Counted from the first letter of the stretch, positions 26,038-38,865 are shown. The stretch is 64,000 nt of DNA from Octopus bimaculoides (GCF_001194135.2 NC_068985.1:36425838-36489837); one strand, 5' to 3'. Translations and numbers: made by a program. Notes: generated from the sequence alone by a model not told the origin.

Positions 26038-26210
26038 TAATGGTATTTCTTCTGGTTTTATGTTTTGAGTTCAAATTCCGTCGAGGTCTACTTTGCCGTT
26101 CATCCTTTGGGGTTGATAAAATAAGTACCAATTGAATACAGGTGTAGATGTAATCAACTCGACTCCTCCTCTAAGATTTCAAGCCTTGTGCCTATAGCGA
26201 AAGGGATTGT
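26038..26210 (+). mobile_element. SINE family B
   Basis: TTTTGAGTTCAAATTCCGTCGAGGTCTACTTTGCC...GATAAAATAAGTACC...GCCTTGTGCCTATAGCGAAAGGGATT. Confidence 0.75.
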
Positions 26211-26319
26211 CTTAATGGATGGTGGATGGTAAAGGTACTAGTGACCGAACAAAATGCTTTGGGTATTTTAGCCAAACAGAAGCGAGTATTTTACACATCA
26301 TCGTAGCGAAGAACTCTGT

Positions 26320-26760
26320 TTTCATAGTAACCAAAGATACTGCGTATGGGCACAAGGAGTGTAACGACCAAATTGATTGTAATCAACAAATTGAGAGTAC
26401 TTGGGCATCTTTAAAGCGTGGAAACGAACACCGTTCCATGGTTGACTCTTATCTTTGTGAATTTATGTGAATTTATGTGGAGATAAAATCTCAGAGTGTA
26501 TTGCAAACTTTCGTCCTTGAATTTTTTAAACTAATAAATGTTTGTTTTAAGCAATGTTTTGACTGTTATTTCTAGCAGCTCCTGTTGGTTTGCTCGTAGC
26601 TTTTAAATATTTAATTTGCTCGCGAATATTTTTCACTGCTTATTTTGCTCGTGTATGTTTTAATGTTTTGACTGTTATTTGTAGCAACTCCTGTTGGTTT
26701 GTTCGTAGCTTTTAAATATTTAATTTACTCGCGAATGTTTTCATGTTTTTCAGTTTACTG
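26320..26760 (+). mobile_element. Merlin (IS1595-like) transposase C-terminal remnant plus 109-bp tandem duplication
   Basis: QQIESTWASLKRGNEHRSMVDSYLCEFM matches the Merlin TIESxW..LK...LDSYLxEFMWR motif. An 11-bp duplication (TGTGAATTTAT) breaks it. Repeat units start at 26553 and 26662. Confidence 0.65.
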
Positions 26761-27082
26761 TTATTAGTTTACTGTTTTGACATGCCGATCCAACGCAGGA
26801 ATCTTTACGTGGTTGCTTGAAATGCTAGATATAACAAACGAAATTTCCCTCAATCTATGCCTTTCAAAAAAGGAAGGACACATGGGTGGGGTTAACAAAT
26901 ATAGTATACCCCCACCTAAAAAAGGACATGATGGTCACAGCTGCAATGTCTTTCATCGTAAGGTTTCCTGGATTAGGGATGAATTAGGACTAAGCAAGAA
27001 GAAGAAGAATAAGAATAATAATAATAAGAAGAACAACAACAACTTTGGCTACAACAGTAACAAGAGCATAGCTGTATAGTTA

Positions 27083-27238
27083 GGCGCAGGCATATCTGTA
27101 CATATAGTTTAGAAGCTCGCTTTGTTTCGGGTTTAGTCCCACTGCGTGCCATCTTGGGCAAGTGTTTTCTGCCCAAGTGTCCTGGGCCGATCAATGCTTT
27201 ATGAGTGAAGTTAGTCGACAGAAAATATACGTAAGCCC

Positions 27239-27283
<45 letters not shown>
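27083..27283 (+). mobile_element. SINE family A, 5' half, running into (TG)n and a gap
   Basis: GGCGCAGG...GGGTTTAGTCCCACTGCGTGCCATCTTGGGCAAGTG. Confidence 0.75.
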
Positions 27284-28518
27284 NNNNNNNNNNNNNNNNN
27301 NNNNNNNNNNNNNNNNNNNNNNNNNNNNNNNNNNNNNNNNNNNNNNNNNNNNNNNNNNNNNNNNNNNNNNNNNNNNNNNNNNNNNNNNNNNNNNNNNNNN
27401 NNNNNNNNNNNNNNNNNNNNNNNNNNNNNNNNNNNNNNNNNNNNNNNNNNNNNNNNNNNNNNNNNNNNNNNNNNNNNNNNNNNNNNNNNNNNNNNNNNNN
27501 NNNNNNNNNNNNNNNNNNNNNNNNNNNNNNNNNNNNNNNNNNNNNNNNNNNNNNNNNNNNNNNNNNNNNNNNNNNNNNNNNNNNNNNNNNNNNNNNNNNN
27601 NNNNNNNNNNNNNNNNNNNNNNNNNNNNNNNNNNNNNNNNNNNNNNNNNNNNNNNNNNNNNNNNNNNNNNNNNNNNNNNNNNNNNNNNNNNNNNNNNNNN
27701 NNNNNNNNNNNNNNNNNNNNNNNNNNNNNNNNNNNNNNNNNNNNNNNNNNNNNNNNNNNNNNNNNNNNNNNNNNNNNNNNNNNNNNNNNNNNNNNNNNNN
27801 NNNNNNNNNNNNNNNNNNNNNNNNNNNNNNNNNNNNNNNNNNNNNNNNNNNNNNNNNNNNNNNNNNNNNNNNNNNNNNNNNNNNNNNNNNNNNNNNNNNN
27901 NNNNNNNNNNNNNNNNNNNNNNNNNNNNNNNNNNNNNNNNNNNNNNNNNNNNNNNNNNNNNNNNNNNNNNNNNNNNNNNNNNNNNNNNNNNNNNNNNNNN
28001 NNNNNNNNNNNNNNNNNCGCTTAATTGCAAAATTATACCCACTCTAGCTATGGAAACGTCCCTATTTATTTTTCGGTAAAGTTTAATTTATAAGTTGCAA
28101 CTTTTACGAAATTGCCTTTAAAGAATTTTTCTGTGAAGCATACACGTATGAACACACATGAGCAGATACATGTATGCAAGCATACATACACATATTCATA
28201 CATAAAACACACACATACTCACACACGTGTATGTATGTATGTATGTATGTATGTATGTATGTATGTCACTCTGCGTGCCTGTGCATGCGTGTATTTATAA
28301 GGGATGAATCATTGGTACTTAAAGCGGTGCATGTAATTTTAAAAATCAGAACTATTTAATTAAAATAAGGTACATATAACATGTATGGTCCCTTCTTTCA
28401 TTTGCTTTTCATAAAAATGACAGACTAGTATTAAAATTGGATTAGCTATTTGCATTCATTTTGATATCTTAGGCAATACGTTATTGCACTCCTTGCATTT
28501 ATGAAAGAAAACACTTTG

Positions 28519-28559
<41 letters not shown>

Positions 28560-28564
<5 letters not shown>

Positions 28565-28861
28565 TGACCTCTGGCGGTCAAGCAGGAAACCAAAACGAAA
28601 AGGGATATAACGAGAGTAATCTCCCTCGACCTTCTCGAACATTCTAGAAGCTTCCAATTAACTTCCGGATGACGTGGAAGTCAGGGACTTCCAGTTCATC
28701 CCTTATCTAAAGGAACACATTTCTAATTTCGCGCCACTCTTGCCTGTCGGGTTCTAGACATGAACTGAGTCACGCCACTCGCATACACACCCGCAGGCGC
28801 GGATGTTCTCCTCATTTGCTTTGAGACATGTGGCTGCAAAATATGTTCACGTGATGTTACA
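28560..28861. mobile_element. Candidate solo LTR
   Basis: 302-bp GC-richer island starting TGTAGTG and ending GTTACA (TG...CA with short terminal inverted repeat). TSD is unreadable because the left flank is (TG)n. Confidence 0.4.
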
Positions 28862-29010
28862 AGCTTTTCCTTCAATTAACCTTATATGTTAACGCATTAC
28901 ATCCAGTAATAAATATGTTATGACTTATTACGAACGTTTTACAAATTCTTAATTTCTTGTCGTGCAATCATAAAAATTATAGGATGTCACTTACTGACAT
29001 CACTATATAT

Positions 29011-29248
29011 ATCTTAGCTCTTTATTTGATTCAGTCATTGGACTCCTGGGCCATGATGAGGTTCTACCTTGAAGGAGTTAGCCGAACAAATTGACTCCGC
29101 AACCTATTTTTCAAAATACCTGGTACTTATTCTCTCGCTCCCTTATGTAGAATCGTTAAGTTATGGGGACGTAAACGGACTAACACCAGTTGTCAAACGT
29201 ATAGTGGGTGGATGGGGGACAAACACGAACACATACATACATACATAC

Positions 29249-29311
<63 letters not shown>

Positions 29312-29472
29312 TACACTCACACAACAGGCTTCTTTCAGTTTCCTCCTACCAGATCTATTCACAAGGCTTTGGTCGGTCCAAGGTTATAGTAGAAGACTCT
29401 TACCCAAGGTACCACGAATCGGGATTGAACCCAGAACCTCGTAGCAAACTTCTTACCGCTTAGTCATGCCCT
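29011..29472 (-). mobile_element. SINE family A, near full length, internal (TA)/(CA) array
   Basis: Reverse-complement match to 12943-13293 and 37705-38188, including the GGGTTCAATCCC B-box. Confidence 0.85.
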
Positions 29473-30169
29473 ACACACACACACACACATACATGCATAC
29501 ATACATACATACATACATACACACATACACACACACAAATATACATACATACATACATACATACATACACATACATGCATAATACACTGATGGAATACAG
29601 TATCGCAAAGGCGTATTTTAAAGGGACAGTCTCTCTGATGTCGTTTATACTTTCTGCAAACCGATTGTCATTCATGTTAAGGAAGTCTGAAGGATATCTC
29701 ACTGGTTCACATGGAAACAGAAATACCAAAATTACACAGTTTCTTTTCTAAGGCAGTAATGCGTGATTTAAGGGAGGTTTGGGTACTTTTTCAAGCCGGT
29801 AGAGCGACTACTTTGAGACCTCATTCTTTGTTCAGGCAGATCCGTGATCAGAAATGTCTAACTGTGGTCATCTTTTTCTTTTCTTTCATTTCTAGATGCA
29901 GACTATTTTAAACTACATTATCCGGTGTGTACTTTCTTTAACAGATATAGGATGTGGTGTCGGGGAAATTTGGCAGCTATTTATAGCAAGTTGGTTAAGT
30001 GAGTACAAGATCGGTCAACAAGACGGATAAACCAGGCATAGAGTCACCAACTATCTACCAATAATGCACGGGTATATAGAAATACTAGTAATGGTGCACG
30101 AACTGCAAGACCACTGAAGGAAAAACAGATCCTTGGAATAAAATCTAAAAGGGTATCTTTTAGCCCAAG

Positions 30170-30550
30170 CTGGGATACCGTCTGGAAGGGTTTAGTCGAA
30201 CAAATCGATTCCCGCAATTATTTTTTAAAAACTGCTACTTATTCTATTGGTCTCTTTTTGTCGAAATGTTAAGTTACAGGGACGTAAACAAATTAACACC
30301 AGATCTCAAGTAATGGTGGGGGACAAACACAACATAAACACAAAGACACACACAGGTGCATGCACATACACGCATATATGTTTATATACGATAGGCTTCC
30401 ACACAGTTTCTGTCTACCAAACCCCCTGAGAAAGCTTTGGTCAGCTCGAGAGTATTATAGTAAAAGACACTTGCTCAAGGTGCCGTGCAGTGGGACTCAA
30501 CCCAAGACCACATCATTAGGAAATAAGCTTCTTAACCTCACAGCTACACT
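30170..30550 (-). mobile_element. SINE family A
   Basis: GACACTTGCTCAAGGTGCCGTGCAGTGGGACTCAACCC and GGTGGGGGACAAACAC on the plus strand are reverse complements of family A motifs. Confidence 0.85.
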
Positions 30551-31589
30551 TACAAAATATTAAAAAAAAATAATAATAAAAATACAGAGGTCATTCTATT
30601 TCTGGTTGTTCCCAGCAAATGATAGACAGCGGAAAGAAAGCTGTTTTATCTGAAATACCAGTGCAGTTCGTGCACAGTTCATTTTAAATTAATTTCACGC
30701 GCAGGAAATTCTCGGAGTTTCAAACACACAGCAGAACTTTCAAAAGTGATCGTTGCTGTAGCGGTGGTCGAGGTATCATGATTGATAATGACAATGAGAA
30801 AAGTACTATTTCAGCAGTCGTGAGGGTGAAAGGTACGTATATCACAGACAGCAACAGGCCCACTTCTCAGGCTGCACACGCGGCTACATCCGGTTATCTA
30901 ATACTCTGTGTGAAATCGATTGTTAAGATCGCTTTAATGGATCTAAAATACTGTATACTTTAATACTCTCTCTCTTACACATACGCACAGAGGTACACGT
31001 ATACTTATGTATACACCCCCCCACATATATATATACATACACACACAAATATATATAAATATGTATATATACACACACATACCAACACATATAACGCTAA
31101 TAGCTCATATTTACGTATCGTGGTGGATTCAGGAAGTCCTATTGATACCAAATACGATATGCATATAAAATTGGAAAGTATTTATTTGTGAGTTGGGATG
31201 AAGCGGGTATATCTGAGTACCGACCTTATTCATAAACTTAGGAATCGGAGATTTTATTTATTTTCTACTTCAGATTCATATCGGACCCAGCTTTTTGTAT
31301 AATGGCATTATATGTGTTGGTGTGTGTATATATATGCTTGTATATATGTATGTATATATAACTAGGTATGTATAGAGGGAGAGTGAGAGAGAGAGAGTGA
31401 CAGACTTAATGACGACAGTGATGTACTTCCTATTAAAACATAGATGTCAAATATCGTGAGGACGACACTATGTGGTTGCTCGGTTTGTTAGAATTAACAA
31501 ACGAATTTCTCTCAAACAACAACTTACTGCCCAAGGTTAAAGAACATAGGCGATAATAGAGCTTGTGGTTCAAGCTATATTATATAAAC

Positions 31590-32105
31590 TTAAATAAACT
31601 AAAATATGTTTCGGCCAAAAATTTGCTTAAGCATTGTCTAGCTTAAAGCCATCACCATCCGATGGAATCTGTTAAGTCATTTTAAAGTCACGTTTTGTGG
31701 TATCAAGGCAAATTCAAGTAGAGCGTTGTTGATGGCCGAGATATATCCGGGTATAGGTGGTCCATCTGGTCTTCTTTGAAGAAAATTGTCCAGAGGTCGC
31801 TTGAAAGTGATGGGGGTGATTTGCTTTGAGTTGTTTTAGGATAATGTCAAATAGAGTGGGACCTGTTGAAGAAATGGTGCAGTGTATTTATGTGTTGTGA
31901 GCCTAAATCGTGTAGGCGTCGTGTGGCGCGTGGTACTAGGCTTGGATGAATTCTGAATTTCATGTTAAAGTCATTTGGTCAATGCTAGTGGTATATTCTC
32001 ATTGAGCAAATGATGTAAGGCTCACTATAATTAGAAAAATGTCGAGGTGATCAAGGATGGAATACTTTTGGTAATGTTTCCAAGTAGATTCTCAATGTAG
32101 ATTAT
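31590..32105 (-). mobile_element. CR1/L2-like LINE 3' fragment (ORF2 C-terminus and 3' UTR)
   Basis: Minus strand reads EPYIIC.MRIYH*H*PND, FRIHPSL, TGPTLFDII, FKRPLDNFLQRRPDGPPIPGYISAINNALLE, the FK..LD.FL..PD.P..PGY...N.L end typical of CR1/L2-group ORF2. Confidence 0.75.
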
Positions 32106-32109
32106 GCCA

Positions 32110-32778
32110 ATCAAAAGAGGAAGGCATTACTCATATAGCAAGTGAATGTAGCATGCTAACACAGAAAGAATACAAGAGAAAATATGACAACCTAGGGAGA
32201 GTAATCCACTGGGAGCTATGTAGAAAGCTAGGATTTGAAATACTGATAAATAGTATGAACATGAACCTAGTAAAGTACTAGAAAATAAGAAATACAAGAT
32301 GTTGTGGGACATTCAGACTAACAGAGTAATAGAAGCTAGAAGGGCCTATTTGGTAGTAGTAGATAAAGAGAATAGAAAGTGCCAGATAATTGACTTTACA
32401 GTCCCAAATGATGAAAAAATTAATATGAGAGGTATAGAAAAAATAGCAAAGTATCAGGACCTAGCTATTGAATTACAGAGACTATGGAAAGTGCTGGTAA
32501 AATGTATCCCAGTAGTTATAGGTGCATTGGGAACTATCCCTAAAGGTCTGAACAAATGGATAGAGGAAATAGGCATAAAACCCAGTTTAGTACAGCTCCA
32601 GAAAACAGTGTTGTTAGGGACAGCTAGGATACTTAGGAGGGTTCTTGGTATCTAAGGTTACTTGCTGTAACCCAATAGGAGGGTTCTTGGCATCTAAGGC
32701 TACTTGCTGTAGCCCGATGTTAGGATTCTTTTCTTTTTCAGCAGTCTAATATTTGAGTGCATATGAAAATAATAATAA
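32110..32778 (+). mobile_element. R4/Dong-like non-LTR retrotransposon 3' fragment (zinc-knuckle tail + restriction-like endonuclease)
   Basis: ITHIASECSMLTQKEYKRKYD..VIHWELC, LWDIQTNRVIEARRAYLVVVDKENRKCQIIDFTVP...EKIAKYQDL...IPVVIGALG...LQKTVLLGTARILRRVL*, ending in an (AAT)n tail. Confidence 0.85.
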
Positions 32779-33303
32779 TGATAGTTTTAAATTAACCATA
32801 ACCACGCCTCGGAATTACCTCATTAGCCAATAATGTTTCACGATTAATTCGCTTTGTTGATGAGATGACAAACTCTTAACAAGGTCAAAATCGTAAGAAT
32901 TGTAAAGTTTCACACTTTCAATGACGTCATTGCAAAGGATAGTTTAAAAGAGGTCGAGACGGTCTTAGTCTTCGAGACAGCTGAGTGTCAAAAACCAAAA
33001 CAGTAAGAAGCATTTGATGACTACTTCTTGGTATTTAATTACAATTGTAATGGGGTGAGAAAATCACTAGAGAATACATACAAGTATGCATATTTATATC
33101 ATTGTGTGTGTGTGTGTGTGTGTGTATACGTGCGTGTATGTTTGTGTGTATATGTGTGTGTGTGTTTGTATATACACACACACATATATGCACATATACA
33201 TACATAAATACATATGTGAGTACATATATATATATATATATTTACGTGCGTGCATATATATATACATATAGATATAATTATGTGTTTATTTATGTATGTG
33301 TAT

Positions 33304-33399
33304 GAGTGAGTGAGTGAGTGAGTGAGTGAGTGAGTGAGTGAGTGAGTGAGTGAGTGAGTGAGTGAGTGAGTGAGTGANNNNNNNNNNNNNNNNNNNNNN

Positions 33400-33440
<41 letters not shown>
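33304..33440. repeat. Compound (GAGT)n / (TG)n microsatellite spanning a small gap
   Basis: Directly visible. Confidence 0.95.
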
Positions 33441-33445
<5 letters not shown>

Positions 33446-33599
33446 ATTTGTGTGTGTGCGTGTACAGGCATTCCTCACGTAACCGAATTTGGCGTAGCTG
33501 TTTGAGCACTTGACCCCATTGTGTTTTTATTGTCAGGTATTGTTCTCACTGCAGACGTTGGAAATCTGAATTGATCTGCAAAATACGCTGCGATTTTCT

Positions 33600-35460
33600 C
33601 CTGCACTGAAACCATTTAAAACACCAAATATTGCATTGCATGCTAACACAAGCTCCTATAGACAATAGCGGTAGTTTCGGAAATTTTGTGACGTCGCTAA
33701 AATTGTTGACAAAGTTTCGTCTTGTCGTGAAAGTACATACCAAATGCAGAAATGAGTAAATACATCTTGAAACAATGTTTCCCAGCGAGTGTAAAATCGA
33801 TATATCAGATGATGGTTTCTGCTGCTCAAAATTGCAATATAGCATATAAATATTTTGGCCTCTTGTTTGATTCTACTCAGCATCAAGAGAAAATAGCACG
33901 ATAAGTTTGTCATACTGATATTGATTTTAACGAGAAAAAATTTTCATGACAAGAATCTTTTCTTAGCTTTATCTAATCAAAATGAAAGTACGCTGAAAAC
34001 AAATAAAAAATGAAATGCTATTATAAAACTGTCCGTCTCAGTGCTGTCAATGTTGTAGACAATTAATATTAAGTTGTTTTTGTAAATTGCGACAATCATT
34101 CTCTCAATTTGGTTGGATGAATTTTTTTGAAAAAATAACTACCACTGGCAAATACAATATCTGAACTGCGGAGTGTCCAATTATTTTCGTTCGCTTATGA
34201 ATAAACTTCTTTTTACATACCGTCAGTTTTCTTAACCAAAGAGAAATTCAACAGTGTGCAGCAAGGCTTGATGAACAAATGCAAAATATTGGAAGTGTAT
34301 TAAGAATTAAATGGCTATCAAGCTCTTTCAGATATGTTCCAGCAGTCTGGAGTTGACCATGCACCGTTGTTATCATTTTGAGAATGTCAGAAGTGTTAAT
34401 GATAAAAGTCGATCAAAAGCTGACAAGTGAATCTTTAGAGAACTTCACGAATGCATTTATTTCATGAACATATTATGACGTGCCTTGACCTAGCACATAT
34501 GTATTATGTATTGTTGAAGTATACCTCTTTCGTATAGAAAAAAAATATCACTATAGTTTTTGCGAACAAGTTAATTCGTCGCACATACGATATTTGGAAG
34601 TTATGATGTAACGCAAAAATAAAAAGAGTCATTCTCTTTTAGTGCCTTATTATTTATCACACTCACCGGTTCGATTTCCACTCATTTAGTTATTTATTTT
34701 TTAAAAAATTTTTTAGTTGCGTCTTGAGAGTCAACGACTATTGAAAAAGTTGCAAGACGCAACGAAAATTTTTAGAAAAAACAAATAATTAATTGAGTGG
34801 AAATCGAACCGGTGAGTGTGTTAAATAATAAGGCACTAAAAGAGTATGACTTTCCCCAGATACAATAAAATACGCTTCAACACACGAATTCACATAAGGA
34901 ATCTTGCAAACCAAATACAAAAACTAAAATGAATAAAAATGTTTTAGAAGAAAATGCCAATGAGTTAATTAAATTTGCATCAGTGACACTGATAGATAAC
35001 ATTGTTTCAATGAATCATGACCAGTATCGTAAACAATATGAAACCGCAGTTATACACACTAACTCCTTCTCATGGATCAACAAAGCCACAATACACTTCT
35101 AATTTCATTCAAAACATAATTCATAAGCTGAGTACCTGAGAAGTCGGTAAGTAGCCATTTGAAATAATTTCAGGATTTGGAGAAAATGAAATAGAATTCC
35201 TCAGCAGGACAGCCATCTGGGAAAAGAATCGCAATATATAGAAACTTTGGAAACGACAGTGGCTAACACTAAAGCCTTTAATCGGAAATTTAAAAGTAAT
35301 CCTGTGTAGCCCTTATAAGAGGAAACGAGTAGCATTAACTTTATTGTGACGGAAAGGAGGTCGTAACTGTTAACCAGTCACGTGAGCAATTACATATTTA
35401 TTAATCTTAACGGACCTCCAATTCCTTAAATGTGATCGCCTCATAACTGATACACACACA
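33600..35460 (+). pseudogene. Degenerate hAT transposase (KIAA1586/ZNF862-like), interrupted by insertions
   Basis: FGLLFDST (cf. SVLIDEST), EIQQCAARLDEQMQNIGSVLRIKWLSSSFR (cf. KIGRVLDTRWVASSFR, about 34250-34335), GFGENEI (35173), HVSNYIFINLNGPP (hAT dimerisation region, 35380-35420). Confidence 0.75.
34627..34851. mobile_element. Foldback element with about 99-bp inverted arms, inside the hAT remnant
   Basis: 34627-34726 is the reverse complement of 34753-34851 (about 90% by eye). Each arm contains a GGTTCGATT B-box-like motif. Confidence 0.85.
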
Positions 35461-35919
35461 AGATTAGCGATGTCTAATGACTTCATTGTGAGTCCAATAA
35501 GGAAATTCTGTTAAAAATTTCTCTAAATGCTGCAGTTCAAGATAAAATTAAATAAATTATTCTTTAAATCGTATTTAATAAACTGTTTTAGTTTGTGGAA
35601 TCATGATTCTGCATCTACTACAAAACACATACATTAACATTATGAAATAGGGTTTGGCATCAAAACAGACGAGGAGGGGTTAAATGTCACCCTCGTATAT
35701 AGAATAATACTGGAATCAAGGAAATCCGTCTATAACAAAACTTCTGATACTATGGGTCGAAATGCTACCAAAATTAAATATAGATTGATAATATTTATGG
35801 TAAGGTCGGTCAGGCATTCAAATTGCCCGCATTCGTGTTCATGCCTTCTTCTGACAAACCATCTTCTACTTCTTCTTTAAATTAATTTGGTTTCCAAAAA
35901 ATATTTGGGTAGTTTACAA

Positions 35920-36192
35920 CAGTGTTTCTCAAATTATCAGATGTGGCGTACCGGCAATTGTTTTTTTCCCAATGTGCCAGGGACCAGTAATATTTCTTTG
36001 TAATATTAATTTATACCAGAAACAATATATATAATGAATATAATAAAAGTTAACAATTAAAAAAATCTTTTACCTTTTTTGTAAACAAATAATACAATAT
36101 TACATAAGCATTTTAGAATGTTTCTTTTCTGGAAGCTCGCCGCGTACCGGCAGTTGATGGCTCGCGGACCGGCACCGATTTGAGTAGTACTG
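35920..36192. mobile_element. Non-autonomous hAT (Charlie-like) MITE
   Basis: Termini CAGTGTTTCTCAAA / TTTGAGTAGTACTG; 8-bp TSD GTTTACAA (35912-35919) / GTTTACAT (36193-36200). Confidence 0.8.
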
Positions 36193-36822
36193 GTTTACAT
36201 CTTCGGAACCACATTTTCTGGGCTCGTTGCGTTTGACAGTACACATCACCGTTTGAGTAACACCTTGAAAATATCTTCAGCTCAATTTTAGTTCTTTTAT
36301 CATTAACACTTCTGACATTCTCAAAATGATANNNNNNNNNNNNNNNNNNNNNNNNNNNNNNNNNNNNNNNNNNNNNNNNNNNNNNNNNNNNNNNNNNNNN
36401 NNNNNNNNNNNNNNNNNNNNNNNNNNNNNNNNNNNNNNNNNNNNNNNNNNNNNNNNNNNNNNNNNNNNNNNNNNNNNNNNNNNNNNNNNNNNNNNNNNNN
36501 NNNNNNNNNNNNNNNNNNNNNNNNNNNNNNNNNNNNNNNNNNNNNNNNNNNNNNNNNNNNNNNNNNNNNNNNNNNNNNNNNNNNNNNNNNNNNNNNNNNN
36601 NNNNNNNNNNNNNNNNNNNNNNNNNNNNNNNNNNNNNNNNACACACACACATAGAGGAAGTTAGAGAAAGGAAATCAGCTTTTAAAAAGAAAAATTTGGA
36701 GACTCACTATTCAAATATTTTAAGCAACATCTAATTGTTGCTCGTTGCAGTTCGAGGTCTTTTTGTCGAGATCTCATTACAGTAGCGTGCATGTTTGCTT
36801 GCGTGTGAGCGTGCATGCTGTA

Positions 36823-36853
<31 letters not shown>

Positions 36854-37704
36854 GTGCGTGTGTGCGCTCGCGCGCGCGAGTGCTTATGAGTGTCTGCGCT
36901 GTGTTTGTATACATACATACATACATTACATACATGCATACATACATTAAATTACATTGCGTACACATGTATTCACACAGCGTTACATCTCCACACACCC
37001 GGGTAGCTGAAGCAACTTTTTTTTTATTAATGTAATTAAAGGGTTTTGCAAAAACTTATGAAACCGCAGTTCTTAAATCGAATTCATTAACGTAAGTCAA
37101 ACGAGAGATTTATCTACAAGAAATTTTTTTTTTAAATCTCCAACAGGTTTAGACTTTTATTATTATTATTATTATTGGTTTTGTCTAGAGGGGGATATAT
37201 GTCCTCATTGCTATTTCAAGCTCTCCGAGAGCAATGAGATTGACTCCATAATGATTGACCTGAAAAACAGCTAGCACTTCCGTACTTGTAGAGTTTATCC
37301 CCAACCGGTAATATAGTCAGCAAAGGATTTAGAAAAATTGCTCACAGTCCTTAAGTCGCAAGTCCTCTAGAATGTTTATTTGACTTCTCCGACACCTGGG
37401 ATCTCTCCGAGAATTGCTTGATTAGCTATCAGTCCACAGTACAACACTAGTGTAGACGTTTCACTGATCGTATGTCACGACTAATAGAAAACTGTGAACA
37501 CCTGATAACATTCCAGATCCCAAGCACCCAGACCTGGTCAACGCTTGACCAATCCTGGTCAGTTGTAGATTAACTGTAGCTCCAAAGAAGCGATAAGCTA
37601 CTAAGAGTAATAGTGGCAGGATATACCTCTCTTCCTTTCACGCAGCCTATTAGTGAGTGTATTTTTTCCCTAACACCATGATTTTAAACACGGGAAAAAA
37701 AAAG

Positions 37705-38188
37705 ATGGTAAAGTCCTTTAGTCGAGCCAATCGACCCCAGGACTTACTCTTTGTAAGCCTAGTATTTATTCTATCAGTCTCTTTTTGCCGAACCGCTAAT
37801 TACGGGGACATAAACACACCAACAACGGTTGTCAAGCAATGGTGGGGGGACAAAAACAGACACACACACACACACANNNNNNNNNNNNNNNNNNNNNNNN
37901 NNNNNNNNNNNNNNNNNNNNNNNNNNNNNNNNNNNNNNNNNNNNNNNNNNNNNNNNNNNNNNNNNNNNNNNNNNNNNNNNNNNNNNNNNNNNNNNNNNNN
38001 NNNNNNNNNNNNNNATATATATGCACGACGGGCTTCTTTCAGTTTCTGTCTACAAAATCCATTCACAAGGCTTTGGTCAGCCCGAGGCTATAGTAGAAGA
38101 CACTTGCACAAGGTGCCATGCAGTGGGACTGAACCTGGAACCATGTGGTTGGTAAGCAAGCTACTTACCACACAGCCACTCTTGCGTC
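37705..38188 (-). mobile_element. SINE family A, well conserved, internal microsatellite in gap
   Basis: Minus 5' end GACGCAAGAGTGGCTGTGTGGTAAGTAGCTTGCTTACCAACCACATGGTTCCAGGTTCAGTCCCACTGCATGGCACC. Confidence 0.9.
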
Positions 38189-38438
38189 TAAAGATGTATG
38201 CACATTATAAAGGATACATTGAACAGACTCGCTGTAGATAAACTGTATAAAAAGGGGAAATAAGGGTTGGCGGTGGTCACAAGTGAATTGCCTTTGATCA
38301 CGTTTGTTCGAGACCAGCTACATGGTGCTTAGTACCCACAAAGTCTTTACGAATATGATAACTGTAAAATGATTTTTGAAAGTCCAGATCGCCAGCTATT
38401 TAATATTTATAGTTCTAAGGTCAAAATAAAGTTTTGCT

Positions 38439-38637
38439 GCAGGCATAACTGTATGGTTAAGAGGCTTGCTTCTCTACCAAATAATCCATGGATTCGAACA
38501 CACTGTATGTCATTTTGTAAAAATACCTCTAGCGTAACCTCTGGTTGATCAAAGTCAGATAAGTTAAATTTGGTGAATGAAAATTGTGTGGAAACCCGTC
38601 GCATAAATGTATGAAGTGAGTGAGTGAGTGAGTGAGT

Positions 38638-38675
<38 letters not shown>

Positions 38676-38865
38676 ATGCACGCGTCTACCGACAGGAGAT
38701 GACGGAAGCTGTGCGTTGAATTTGTATATGATTCGTTCCTTTACGTCCATTCGATTTTGTACTTCGCAAATTACATAAAATACGTACCACTCAGTGTACT
38801 GAGGTCGATACGATCGAATATATCCTTGAGGGTACTGCTCCAGCATGACCACATTTCAATGACTG
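38439..38865 (+). mobile_element. Diverged SINE family A
   Basis: GCAGGCATAACTGTATGGTTAAGAGG...(GAGT)/(TG) array...GCTCCAGCATGACCACATTTCAATGACT. Confidence 0.6.

Noticed and set aside
33086-33509. HTHT/YIYI/CVCV/IIII ORFs here and throughout the window
   Set aside because: Translations of (CA)n, (TA)n, (TG)n and (TAA)n arrays.
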